Positions 1-12,833 of a stretch of 64,000 bases of DNA are shown piece after piece. Numbering within the stretch: position 1 is the stretch's first letter; each line of letters starts with the position of its first letter. Location of the stretch: the NCBI GenBank assembly GCA_031835245.2, contig JAVKOQ020000026.1:124001-188000 (forward strand). The letters are read 5' to 3'. This DNA comes from Balamuthia mandrillaris. Its lineage: Eukaryota. The notes under the pieces were generated by a model that saw only the letters and a program-made list of their open reading frames with translations, was not told where the DNA came from and did no database searches. The position numbers and the translations under genes were made by a program.

Positions 1-1327
1 GGCATTCATTCTTGTACGCTTTGTCTTTCGGCTACTTCCTGTCAGTTTTTTTTCCCTTCGTCTCACTTGATATCTACTTGCAGCTTACTTGTCTTCAAGT
101 AATCCTTCTCATCAACCAAATGAAACAAAACCACAGTCGTGCAGTTCGTTATCCTACTCTCTCTTTATGTTCCCTCTCATTCTCTTCTTTTAACTCCTTT
201 TGTGTTTCCACCCAAAAAACGAAGGCTCTAACAAAAGTGTCTTTGATGACTATTGGGATTCACACCGTAATGGACTCACATCTTGGTTTTATACATTTAT
301 CAGCTGGTATAGCAGTTGGTTAGTTTTTTTTTTTTTTCCTCTTCTTTTGTACATTTCCTCTCCGCTTCCTTCCACTGATGAATCTCTTCTTTATCCTCTG
401 ATTGATATAATATCAAGGTGCTGTCTTTGATGCATTTGCATTGGCCGCTTTTGTAAATTTTATACTATTTTCTATCTTTGAAATGCGGTATCTTGTATCA
501 ATCCTTAAGGCACGCCATCCTGAAGAGTTTGCCCTTGGTTGGGAAGGTCGGTCCCTTTCTCCCTCTCTCCTCTTTACTCATTTACCTCTCCCGTTTTCCT
601 TTATTCCCTTCTAACGCGTTGTTTCTCTAGCTGTAAGACGTAAAATCCGTGAGCTTTATATGCGGTTTTGTACGTGTCAAACATCTCTCTGTCTCTCTTT
701 GTCTCTCTCTGTCTTAAACTCATTCTTTCTCACTGTCTGTACTTCCTTGATTTGTTTCTTGCTCTCGTCATAATAACAAAAAGATGGAGGACTTTTGCTT
801 GGGTTTATCGCTATTTATTACTTCAACGGCATCTTCCTTATTTCCATGTTCATAATTTACTCGATGTGGATACCTCAAATCTACTGCAACGTCACTCAGT
901 GCTGCAGCAACGCTTTTACTGCCAAGTTTGTCATTGGCACTAGTCTCATTCGCCTCTTCATTCCTCTCTGTACGTTTCTCGACCTCTCTCTCTCTCTCTC
1001 GCTCTCTCACAACACTTATACATGCTCTCACACTGCATGGCCTGGCGAACAGATTTCTATGCCTGTCCTTATAACTTTTTACATGTTGAACCTCGTCCTC
1101 AACTCGCTTCTTGCTTAGCGGCGTACGTTCTCTCTCTCATCTTTTTTTGGTTTCGTTTGCTAAACACAACCATAATGTCCGCAGTTATTTATTCTTTCAA
1201 GTCGTCATTCTCTTCTCACAAGACACTCTTGGCCCTCGTTGGTTTATCCCTAAAATGGTACCTTTCTCTTTCTCTTTCTCTTTCTCTTTCTCTTTCTCTT
1301 TCTCTTTCTCTTTCTCTTTTCTTTCTC

Positions 1328-1361
<34 letters not shown>

Positions 1362-1818
1362 TTCTCTTTCTCTTTCTCTTTCTCTTTCTCTTTCTCTTTC
1401 TCTTTCTCTTTCTCTTTCTCTTTCTCCTTCATTCTCCTCTTCTTCTTATCTTCTTGCCTCTCATACAAAACAAATGCAGCTGTTGCCAGCAAAATACGAC
1501 TACAAGCGAAGGGTGGAGATCGATCCAGAAATGGGAGGCAAAGTGGACTGCGTCATCTGCATGAATGCCGTTTACGTGACCGGAAGATCTCCATTCTCTG
1601 CTTCTTCCTCCTCCCTTCGCTCTCTTTTGCTGCTTCGACCAAGAAACAGTCAGCAGCAACAACCACAGAGCGAAGAACAGGAGGAGGAGAGAAGCGAGAG
1701 GGACTACGATTACATGGTCACTCCATGCAATCACGTCTTTCACTCCGAATGCTTGCTGCGGTGGATGGAGTTCAAGATGGAATGTCCCACCTGCAGAGGT
1801 CTTCTTCCTTATCCTTAA
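1..1818 (+). CDS. Transmembrane RING-H2 E3 ubiquitin ligase, Tul1/Dsc1/FLY1-like (5'-partial, multi-exon)
   Basis: Hydrophobic TM exons (YSMWIPQIYCNV, SQDTLGPRWFIPK) lead to a C-terminal RING: DCVICMNAV...YMVTPCNHVFHSECLLRWMEFKMECPTCRGLLP; stop at 1816-1818. Confidence 0.85.
1263..1425. repeat. (TTTCTC)n hexanucleotide microsatellite in an intron
   Basis: Tandem array visible directly between the GT donor at ~1258 and the AG acceptor at ~1480. Confidence 0.95.
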
Positions 1819-1896
1819 AATGGGTTGAACAAAGAAAAGCAAAACCTCAAAAAGCAAAACGGATCCGAGTGAAAAGAGTGCAATCAATACGAAAGG

Positions 1897-2666
1897 TTAA
1901 GAAGAAGAAGTGAAGACACGCATCAAAGAAGTGCAGACATCCAACAACTGAAGAAACTCATCTGCACCATCCACCAAACGATGATCCGCTTGAGCCAGTT
2001 GGATCGCTATTTCCGACTTTTGAGCGCTGCTCAACCCTTGCTCATTGTTGAGAATGTGTTGAAAGAGTTGAAGGAGGATTTGATGTCCAGAGTATCCTTC
2101 CATCATAACGTCTTGAACACCTGCCTGCAACCGAAAGAAACTCTTTGTCTTACAGTTGTTCAAAAGCTTTTCCATTGTTTCTTCTGGTATTACCTATGGC
2201 ATGAAAGGGCAATAATGAGAAGAACAGTGTTTTTAGCAGGAGAGCAATGCAACAACAGAAAAGAAAACAAAGAGAAAAAAAGCATCAACTTACGCCAGCG
2301 GTGCTCAACACATCAGCAGCGGTCATCTGCCGAGAGCCCAAAAGGGTGTGAGTGCTCTGTAGGGTGGTGATGGCCTTTCTCATGTCGCCCTCTGAAACTG
2401 ACACCAACGTCCGCAAGGCGTCTTCGGTGATCTTAACTCCCTCCTCCTTGCATATGTGCTGCAGTCTGGCAACCATTGTGTCTCCTTCCAGCAACTTGAA
2501 ACGAAACTTGGCACAACGAGATGTTATTGGGTCGATGATCCTATTTTATTATGTTAACGTTTTTGTTGACAGAAATGAAGAGAAGAAAACATAGAAAAAG
2601 AGAGAGCAAAAGAGAGGGAGGGAGAGGGAGGGAGAGGGAGAGAGAAGAGAGGAGAGAAGAGAGAGT

Positions 2667-2706
<40 letters not shown>

Positions 2707-3640
2707 ATGAAAGTGAGAAAGAAGAAAGCCAAACCGACTGATATAGTTGCAGATCAAACAAAACCGGGTGACGCTAGAATACGTTTCCATGATGCGTCGC
2801 AGCGCAGCTTGGGCTTCTTGTGTCATGGAGTCTGCCTCATCGAGAATGATTATCTTAAAGGGCGGGCAAGGGTATTTGTTGCCCTCGTTGCTGCCATCGT
2901 TGGAGGTATTCCCAGCTGCCACTTGAGCAAAGGTCTTCACTTTCTCGCGAATGATGCCGATACCTCTCTCATCGGAGGCGTTCAGCTCCATCACCCTCTT
3001 CTTTACCAACTCTGGTCTGCGGTTATCGAAGTAAAAATAGAGGAATAAGAGAGAGGATGAGAGGAAGTGAGAGTGAGAGGGAGAGGAGGTGGACGAGAGG
3101 GGGAGAAGAGAACAACAAAGAGGAAGAGCCAAGGAGGAATAAGAAACGACAGAACAGAACGAAGAAGGCCAGAGAAAAGGGAGCAAAAATTAGCATACCC
3201 ATAGAGAGCACGCGCCACAGCAAGGATGGTTGAAGTTTTGCCGGTGCCAGGCGGCCCATAGAACAACAAGTGTGGCAACTACAAATCCAATTAATGAGGG
3301 CAGAGAGAGAGAGAGAGAGAGAGAAACAGAAACAGAAACATAGAATCAGAGAAAGAGAAGAGCAAAGGCAGTACGTTGTTGTTCTGAATGGCTTTCTTTA
3401 GCGTATTTACAACTTCCTCTTGATAAGCGACCTCATCCACTGTCTTTGGCCGGCTAATTTTTTTAAAAAAAAAAGAACGTCAGCACCTTTCAGCAACACC
3501 ACACACACACGCGATGTTGAAGCGGGTTCATCATCAATAACAACAAAATCAAAAGTACGAAACTATTTTTCGACCCATGGCTTCTTGTGCTCTTTCTTCG
3601 CAGCTCCCGTAAGCTTCAGTTTCTTTGATGTAGACAACAT
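1897..3640 (-). CDS. RFC4: Replication factor C small subunit (human RFC4 / yeast Rfc2 type), multi-exon
   Basis: MLSTSKK...[25 protein letters not shown] (Walker A); [27 protein letters not shown] (Walker B); [14 protein letters not shown]-terminal [15 protein letters not shown]. Confidence 0.92.
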
Positions 3641-4030
3641 CTCCTAGCAATATCCTGTTGTTTTTTTTTCAAAAAAAAAATATTCCAACGCTTCCCTTCC
3701 CCCCTAATCCAAAACTTTGTTTGGGTGTTTCTCGCGTTGCCCTCCCTTTTTCGCAGGTAAAGTTTGTTGGGGTTTTTTTTTGGCGGGAACCGTTTTTTTA
3801 TTTTTTCATTTTCATGACGACATGGAATTTTCCGAAAATTTTCCAAGAAATCGTACTGCTACGATTTTGTTTGCCTCTTCTGTTGCTCTCACGGGCACGC
3901 GCACAAGAAAGAAACCTCCTTGGAGAGCTAACAAAAGAACGGGAGATGTGTGAAACCTTAACGAAGGGGCAGGATAAGGAGGAGGAGGAGGAGAAGGAAG
4001 AACAGGATGAGTAAAGAGTAAAGAGTCAGG

Positions 4031-4907
4031 TCAATTGTTACATAGAAAAGCAGAACAGGCGTTGTTGGTAAACGTGTGATCCGGAGAGAAGGAGCTGAAT
4101 CGCTCCAACGAGGGAACGTAGAGAGTGGCCCCTTGCTTGATGTGTTGGCACCAAAAGCTGTCCCTCTTCTTTGCGTCACCATCGCCATCGCAAAAAAAGT
4201 AGGAGCCCCAGTAGGCGTTATCGTCCAGGTGACGACTCCATGGATGATTCCTTTGTGTAATACATACATATAGAGGTTAAAAGAAATGACAACATAAAGG
4301 ATAAAAAAAAAGAAAGACGTACTCTGCATCGTGCAAGTAAGGAGTGTGGTCAGAGGGGAACTCCAATCCTTGAAGCTTTTCGAGCTCTTCCAACTCCTCG
4401 ACGATGGCAACTGTGTGCCAACCAAACTTGAGCGGAATGCAGACGTCGTACTGTAGATGATCCCCAAAGTACAGCACTTTTGGATGATAGTCCTCTCCTT
4501 GCTTTCTTGCATGTCGGTTGTTTTTCTCATCTTCTTTTCTCATAAAGTCTAACAGGACTTTGGCATTGCCACCGTAAAAGATTTCAGCCGTGGATAGTTC
4601 CGTAGTAGGTGTTGAGGAGACGAGGCAACAGTCGACGTCCAGGTCCAGGTCTAGAACCTCTGTTTTGTTTTTGGAGGGAAGAAGAATGAATGGAAACAAA
4701 AAGTAAGAATTAGAAAGAAAGAAACGACAAGAAAGAAAAAAACCGACAAGAAAGAAAGAAACGACAAGAAAGAAAGAAACGACAAGAAAGAAAGAACCGA
4801 CAAGAAAGAAAGAAAGAAAGAAACGACAAGAAAGAAACGACAAGAAAGAAAGAAACGACAAGAAAGAAAGAAACGACAAGAAAGAAAGAAAGAAAGAAAG
4901 AAACGAC

Positions 4908-4939
<32 letters not shown>

Positions 4940-5962
4940 AACGACAAGAAAGAAAGAAAGAAAGAAAGAAACGACAAGAAAGAAAAAATAGAAAGAAAGA
5001 AAGAAACGACAAGAAAGAAAGAATAGAAAAAGAAAGGTACGAACCAAAGTAATCATTGTTTTGGGTGAAGAAACTGGGCTTACGAGCTGCAGCGGATATA
5101 AAGTCAAAGAGACTGCGCCAATCCTCCCCAAAGGCATAGTTGGCCAGAACTTCGAGGTACTCTGGAAAGGAATTGGTGACTATGAAGAGCCGCTTCTGAT
5201 GAACGTTGCGAAGCTCCTCCAACCATTTTCTAACCTAATAAAGGCTCGTTGAGAAAACAGAAAAGTGAAGGAGAAAAGAAGAGCGAGAGAGAGAGAGAGA
5301 GACCTTGGTTTGTTTAAAGATATACTTGGAAGGATCTTTTTGGATAGCAGGAAAGTACCAGCCTTTACCCCATTGCCCAAAATTATAGAGAAGGGCATCG
5401 TACAGGACTGCTGACTGCCCTTGATAGTCCCTATAATAAATATTGACTAGCAATAAAAGAGCAAGAGAAATGGAGAGAGAGAGAGAGAGAGCGAGAGAGA
5501 AGAGAGAGCGAGAGAAGAGAGAGAGAGAGGGAGAGAGAGAGAGAGGAGTCAGTCGAATGCACGCAACAAGTGGGAGTGCATGTATTGAATTTACCCTCTT
5601 CTTGATGTTGCTTTCCTTTGGTGTCTTCCAGATCCACTAAAACAGCAAACAACCAAGCCAGCGTTACCTCAAAAAACCTGGGAAAGCGAAAAAATAAGCG
5701 TACATTTGAAACAGGAGGGATGTGAGGGAGAGAGAGAGAGAAAGTACGTGGTAAGTGACCACCAGTCGGGTGTGCTAAGTCCTTGAAAGTTGGGCAAAGG
5801 TTCATTCTTGTAAAGTCTTTCCAGTTCCTCTTTGGTTAGAGGCTTGGTACCATGGTAACCCCTCTGGTTTACCGGTGAAGGGTTGTGAAAAAAGAATAAA
5901 GAGAAGAGAGAAGAGAGAAGAGAGAAGAGAACGACGAACAAAACGATGAGAAGAAGAGAACA

Positions 5963-6010
<48 letters not shown>

Positions 6011-6484
6011 CGAGAGCGAAAAGCAGACATTAGAACAGAAGAAAGAGAACAAGAATGCGAACACGCGAGAAAGAAAGAAAGAAACCTCTACAACGCCAGC
6101 AGAGTCTAGTTTCAAGATGTTGCCACGCTTCCTGTCCACCACGTTCCCCTTCTTGATGAATTCTTGGTTCAACGGAATGTCCAGCAAGTCAGTAGGATAG
6201 TCAGCCTACCTCACACACAAAAACCCAAACAAACATCAAGATACACGAAAAAAAAAACAGATTAACAGAAATAAAGAAAACCCGAAAAAAAAAAATATCA
6301 AATCAACAAAAAAAAAACAAACCTCCTCTATGAGGTACTTCCTGAAGCAGTCGTAGCAGAGTTGGTGGAGGTTGTCCAAGGAGTACCGTATGAGCGTGTG
6401 GTCCAGGTCGAAACCCAACCAGTCGTAGTCCAACAGGCACACCGCCGATGGCTCACCCCCTGCTGCTGCTGTCCTTTCTTCCAT
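4031..6484 (-). CDS. HAD-family 5'-nucleotidase domain protein (NT5DC1-like), multi-exon
   Basis: GFDLDHTLIRY (HAD motif I), LFIVTNS, AARKPSFF, YFGDHLQYDV...GWHTVAIVEELE; last exon has YWGSYFF and a TGA at 4033-4031. Confidence 0.85.
4712..5022. repeat. Compound (AAGA)n / AAACGACAAG microsatellite in an intron
   Basis: Tandem array seen directly; the same AAGAAAGAAACGACAAG unit recurs in the PPR-gene intron at ~25925-25960. Confidence 0.9.
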
Positions 6485-6643
6485 TTCTTTTTTTTTATTT
6501 TATTTTTTGTCGGCATCCACCTTGTCGACGGATAAATTTGTCGACATAAATATTCCGCGTGCTTTGCATCGCTCTCATTCCTTGCAAATTTGAAAATCCT
6601 TGCATTACTTGTCGATCGATCGTAAGGCATTACGATCTCTTCT

Positions 6644-6685
<42 letters not shown>

Positions 6686-7087
6686 CCTTTCATGACCACG
6701 TTGTTCTTATTTGCTTTTTTTTATTTTTGGTTGGAAGAAGGGATTCCACCCCCATTCCTCCTTCTCCAAGGCTTTGTTCCTTGTTGCTTTCTTACGAAAG
6801 CAGAAGAAACTTGGTGCCAAGAGAAGGCAGAGGCATGGAGTGGAAAGGGATATAGGTGAATTCCCAAAATGAGTTTAAACTCATTCAGGAATAGCGTCCA
6901 GGAGTTGTTTGGGCTAGCAAGTGGCTCAACTATTTGAGAAGCGAGAATCAGGTCGTTCCTTCGTTCGCTGAAAATCAGGCTGGAGCAGAAGGTGAAGAGA
7001 GAAGAGAAGAGAGAAGCGAAGAGAGAAGAGAAGAGAGAAGAGGGACAAGACGAGAAAAGAGGAGAGAAGAGAGAAGAGAGTGAGAGT

Positions 7088-7132
<45 letters not shown>

Positions 7133-7283
7133 GACAGAGAGATTGCACACGAGAACGAACGCTGAGTCTATCAACAAGTTTGCCACATCAGCAAAAGCAA
7201 CAACAATAAGAGCAACGTATGACCAGAATATTGCAAAAAAAAAACAGAAGAAAGCAACAGCACTGAACGTCTCTCTTTGTTCT

Positions 7284-8885
7284 TTATTTGATGATTCTAG
7301 GGATTGACAAGAGTTGCTGCGGATAGTGAGCAATCGCAGGCCAAGAGGGGGAGCACGAGCCGGTCTCCGCGAGCAACAAGCGCTGTTGTCCCAACTCCAA
7401 GTCCAACACATCTCCCGACGTCGCGTTGTTGTTGCTGTGAAATTTGTTATAGAGGAGAACAGCCACTCGATAGCCCACCGTTAAGAATAATAAACTGTGA
7501 TTATTTAATGCACTTGTGAGGGTGTGAAAGGAAAAAGAAGAAAGGCAGAAGCACAGAAAAAGGAGGAAGAGTTTACCTTGGGAGAATGACCCATCCATAG
7601 CGAACAGAGGATGCAGAGGAAGAGGAAGTAGAAGAGGAAGAAGAGGAAGACGCACTACCAGTAGGATCCACTCCACTTTCGCTCTTGCTCATGTGTGAAG
7701 AAGAGGAGGCATCCACACGGTGAAGAGGGCAGGCATAACGACTGTAGAACCGGAGATGGTAGTCATGTGCAACCATCGACAAAGGTTCCAAACCTTCCAA
7801 CCGTCCCAACCGCCAATCTCCTTCTGTTGCTCCTTCTCGCCGTCGCCGTTCTTGTTCTTCGTCTTCTTTTCTGTTGGTCCGTTGTTGTTGCTCTTCTTTG
7901 TTTTCTGTACAAATGAAATCTATCACGAGAGAAGCGGAATAGTGGTTGTTGTGGTGGAAAGAAGATAACAGGAGTTCTGCCCCTTCTTCACCTTTGACTT
8001 CTGCACGATCGCTCTTTGAATCTTCTTCAAAAGAAGATAAAGAGGAATGTGCAGAGGACGAAGGTAAAGAAGGAGAAGAAGCGGAGGAAGCATCATGATG
8101 ATGATGGAGAGATGAAGATGGAGAAGCATAGGAAAAATGTAAGGCAAAGTTGCCTTCTACTTCTACTACTTCCGGTGCCGCTTCCTTCTCCTTCGCTTCT
8201 TCGGAGGTTCGGCCTTCAAGCCACGTTTGGGAAGCCAACGTGCCACTTGAGAGGAACCGTCCTTCACTTTCCACCTATGTTGTTGATAGTTGAAGAAAAG
8301 GATTAAAGAGAACACTTTCACGTTTAGTATTCGCCCAACCAAAAATAGAACACATAGAGAAGATAGAGAGAGAGAGAGAATGAGGAGAAACAGAAAGAGA
8401 AAGGAAAAGGAAGAAAGAGGAGGAAGGGGCACGGACAGGAGGGAGGGGAAAAAAAGGGCCGGAAACAAACCAATAATAATTAAATAAAAACACAACGAAC
8501 AGGACATAACAAAAAGAAAACACTCAACGCAAACAAAACCAACAAACACCAAAAAACAAAACTGAAAACTAAAACACTAAAACAAAAAAAAACAGGCACA
8601 TCAAAAACTCACAAAACAAAACACGGACACAACCAAATGAACCAAACAAACCAAAAAACAAAAACAAAAATGAAAAAAATGAAAACAAACAACCTATAAC
8701 GTCAAAAACACAAACAAACAAAAAAAATACTTGGACAAGGGATAGGAAAGAGGAAACAATGTGAGTGGCAAACAAGCGCATTTCACAAAGGGCGGGGAGG
8801 AGGAGGAGGAGCAAAGGGAGGGATAAGAAACGTCTAGGTACCAAGCACCATTTCAGACAATGGTGTAGCCAAGTAATAGACATTT

Positions 8886-8930
<45 letters not shown>

Positions 8931-9537
8931 GGAGGGAGGAAAAGGGAGAAAAAAAAAGAAAAAAAGAAAGAAGAGAAGGAAAAAAGAAGCGTGATCCAAT
9001 GGAAGTTATAAACGGTCCATACAGGAAGAGCGCAACTAGGGGAAAAAAAAAGGGGGGGGAGGGAAAGGGGCTACGAACCCAAACGCAAGAAGTGGCGGCT
9101 ACCTCCACATCTTCGGCCGGTGAAGCAGGAGAGGAGCCGTCGTAGTCGTCAAGCTCAAAGGGAGAAGGAGAAGAAGAAACGGCCACGGGGGAGTCGTAGG
9201 CGAGCAGCTCCAAGAGCTTGGCGTCGCAGCGGAGCGGTCCGCAGGGCCTCCAAAAGTGCAGGTTGCCTCGCGGATCCCTCGCATGGAACACAAAGTAAGT
9301 ATGGGTCCAAGAAAGGGGGAGCAACGGCCCAAAGTCAAAGGTCAAGCCCGAGGCAGGGAAGGTATGCGAGGTGGCACAAGCGGGAGAAGAAGCCTCAGTG
9401 GCAGCAGAAACGGGGAGCACGAGGCAGGAGGACGAGAGGAGGAAGGCCAGGAGGCAGTAGGCCAGAAAGTGGCGCGCAAAGGCGGAGGAGAGGGAGGAGG
9501 GGAGGAGGTTTCGTAGCAGGCGAGAGAGGGGCATCAT
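7284..9537 (-). CDS. Type I membrane protein with a putative MRH (mannose-6-phosphate receptor / ATG27-like) lumenal domain
   Basis: Signal peptide (FLAYCLLAFLLSSSCLVLPVSA); TFDFGPL...HFWRPCG; IDFIC; YHLRFYSRYACP; spliced TM segment YGWVILPSLLFLTVGYRVAVLLY; tail with DLELGQQRLLL. Start and internal exon boundaries are uncertain. Confidence 0.55.
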
Positions 9538-10349
9538 GCCAACGAAGCAAGCCAATGTGTTCTCTGGGGAGTCGGTACGAGAAATGTACATCATTATACG
9601 TTTTTTTTTTTTTCAAAAAAAAACGTGGATGGGTCGTAGAAATGGGAGTCGTGGGAAGTGGTGGTAGTTAGAGAGTCGTGTTTGTAAAGCGCCAGAATGT
9701 ACAAAAAAAAATAGATATAATATAATAAGAAGACAAACAAAAAAAAAATATTAGAAAATTATAAACAAGCGAAAAGTGATAATCACAGCGCCACTCTCAT
9801 CGAAAAAACAAAAAAGCCAAGCAGCTGGTCTTGCACAGCGAAAAAAAAAAAAAATAGAGCAGGAGGAGAGACTAGACCCAAGTAAACCAAAGAAGAGAAA
9901 AAAGGGGGATACGTTGGCCAAACAATTTTTTGGTTCTTCTTATCCTTTTCTTCCGGTTTCCTTTGAGAGTTCGAATCGGGGAAAAAATTGTCTACAAAAA
10001 TGATATACCAACGGCGATTGGCTATGAAAAAACTCCGAGGAGATCTTCCCATCTCATTGGAAAGATCTTAGGAGAATTCTCCATTTGTTCCGTATGGAGG
10101 AATTATGTAGACAAGTCGGGAAATTTCATCAAATTCGCTTGACGTCATTCTACGAGCTAAATGAAACAGAGGGCTATCAATAATAATGCACCAAAGACCT
10201 TTGCTGCATTACAGGGTGGCGTTTTAGGGGTTGCTGGGTACACTTGGTGTTTTTGTGGAGGCCTGAAAGGAAGAAGAAGAGTGAAGCCCTCACCACACCA
10301 ACCGTTACCGATTTGTTTTTTTTGTTAATCACCAAACAAAAAAACTAAA

Positions 10350-11698
10350 ATGATGAACCGTGCGAGAAGGCAAATGTTTCGCGAGAAACTGTTTTCTTTC
10401 GAAAAGATGGTGGTGAAGAAAAAAGTGCTTTCGGCCTCCAAGCTGCAGGACATTGCCCAATTTGCGTTGACTAATATTCAGGTTTTCCTCCACCCCCAAC
10501 GTCATTCTTGGTCGGCCTTTGTTTTTTTTTTTTTTTTTTTTGTTGACTTTCTTTTTCCCAAGATGGCGAAAGTGTTGACAGAGTCCGTGACGTCCTTTAT
10601 TGAGGACTGCGACTTGGAGGCTGTTTCTGCTGGGTTTTACGTTGTGGATTGCATCTGCCGAAAGTCCTCCGACGTTGTAGAAAAGCCTAGGTTCGCTTTT
10701 TCTTTATCTTTTCCAAAAAAAACTTCCGTTTCCGTTTTTTTTTTGTGTTATTTTTCTTTATTTTTTGTTTTTGTTGTTGCTAACCTCTTGGTTCCTTTTC
10801 TCCCAAAGGTATGAATATGCGCGGTCCTCTTATGTGCTAGAATTTGCAGAAGCATTGCCGGAAGTCTGCAATGCCACTTGGGAGAGAGTACATAAACGAA
10901 AGGTTTTGTGTCTCATTTTTCTTTTCTTCCCGCCTCCTATACTTCCTCTTTTCTCTGGCTTTGGCTTTTCGCTTCTTCAATGCTTCTCTTCTCTCATTCT
11001 CTTTCTCTGTTGCTTTCACTTTACTCTTTATTTCTTCTCTTGTATCTCGTTCTGTGGTTTTTCACATTCTCGTTCTTTGTTGTGTTCTCGTTTCTCTCTT
11101 CTCTCTTTCTATTGCTTGTGATCGTTTCTTTATCTTCTTATCTCCTTTTTTTTTCAGGACATTCAAGACAAAATACTCAAGTTATTCGTGCTTTGGTACG
11201 AGAGTAAAGTGTTCTCCAAGACAACCATTCTCCGATTCATCAAATCCTACAAAGGCGATTGTGAGGCTCTCCGATCCCTGTCCAAAAGCAAAGGGTCTTC
11301 CTTTGTGCCATCTTCCTCCACGGCAGCGTCAAAAGATGAACAGGAAGACACAACAAAAGAATCAAGGGAAAAGGAAAAGGAAGCAAGGGAGGTGCCAGAG
11401 AGCCTTGTAAAGTTGGGAAGAAGCAACTCCGGTTTCTTCGACCAGTTGAGAAGGAACACCATCAATTTTTCAGCCTTAGCAGGTAATGAAAGAACCCCAT
11501 CAACAAAAGGAGGAAAGCAGGTGAAGAAACCGAGACTCACCCTTTCTCTCTCTTTGAAAAACAGAACAGGAAAACATCACGTTAACACCGCGAGGCGAAG
11601 GAGAAAAAGCCAAAGTATCTTCCAGCTATCGTGGACGTTCCGTCACGGATGCCCGCGCTTCCGCTTTCAGGCCCGTCTACAATCCCAACAACTCCTAA
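10350..11698 (+). CDS. CTD-interacting (CID/RPR) domain protein, SCAF4/8-Nrd1-like N-terminus
   Basis: LSASKLQDIAQFAL, SVTSFIEDC, GFYVVDCICRKS and KILKLFVLWYESKVFS resemble CID helices; spliced last exon ends at TAA 11696-11698. Confidence 0.6.
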
Positions 11699-11943
11699 CA
11701 AAACAACAACCAATACATTGTATTCCGCACTGTAAACTAGAGAAGGTTGTTTCCGCGTCGTCACGGAGATTATTAAGATCATCGAATTCCATTCTATTCA
11801 GCGGATTGGTTGCTTCGACCAAAAAAAATTCAAAGAGGGACGCTACGCAATTCAACGTGGTGAAATGCGAGACCCTCACTTTTTTTTTTTGTGAAAGACC
11901 ATCATCATCAGCAGCAGGCTGGCTACTCAAAAAAAATAAAAAG

Positions 11944-12092
11944 ATGAGAGGGCTGGTGAGAGGTCGTTCGTATTCACGAGAGGACGGTGGGAGCGTCTCC
12001 TCCACGTACGACTCTTCGGAAGATCCCAAAGAACTTGTCGTTGCGGGTTCGTGTCGCTTCCTTCTCTCTCCCTCTGTCTGTCTCTGTCTCTG

Positions 12093-12143
<51 letters not shown>

Positions 12144-12760
12144 CGTCTCTCTCTCATGGTTCTGTGTCTTCCTTCCTTCCTTCCATTTTTTTGTTTCATC
12201 CCCTCTGAGCTTTCATTCACTGTCTCATGCTGGAACACTTTTTAGTGCTGTGCGCCAAAGAGCTCAAACGAGAACTCACAAACATTGGTAATTTATTTCA
12301 CTCTTCTCTGTCTTCTCTCTTTCTCCTCCGTTCTCATCTCTTCCACCCTTTCTCTCTTCTCTGCTTCTCTCTTTCTTCTGTCCTTCACTCCTTCTCTCCT
12401 CTAACAAACCAATGCCACAGGCAAGCCATGGCCTTATTGCAAGCTCAGGTTCTTGTCCTCCAAAGCCACCAAACGAAAGACAGACACTGCCAAAAAGACC
12501 TACAACCCCATTTGGGCCCAGTTCTTTCGCATGGAACCCCCTCGTGGCTACGCTGACGTCCTGCAGCTCACCATAATGGACAACGAGTACCTCAAAGACA
12601 AAGGGCTGGGCAAGGTGAGGCTGCCCTTGAGCGAGTTCAAGCAACGCCCCTTTGTAGACGATTGGTTCCTGCTGGAGCATCCGAAGAAGCAAAGTGGTGC
12701 CTCTTGGAAGGGCAGTATTCACATTTGTGCTGCTTACTCTCATGAGAATCGCCGTAAGTC

Positions 12761-12833
<73 letters not shown>

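Noticed and set aside
6926..7283. Extra hydrophobic ORF downstream of the MRH-like gene
   Set aside because: It lies past the in-frame stop at 7284 and is largely microsatellite translation; at most a 3' UTR intron or minor isoform.
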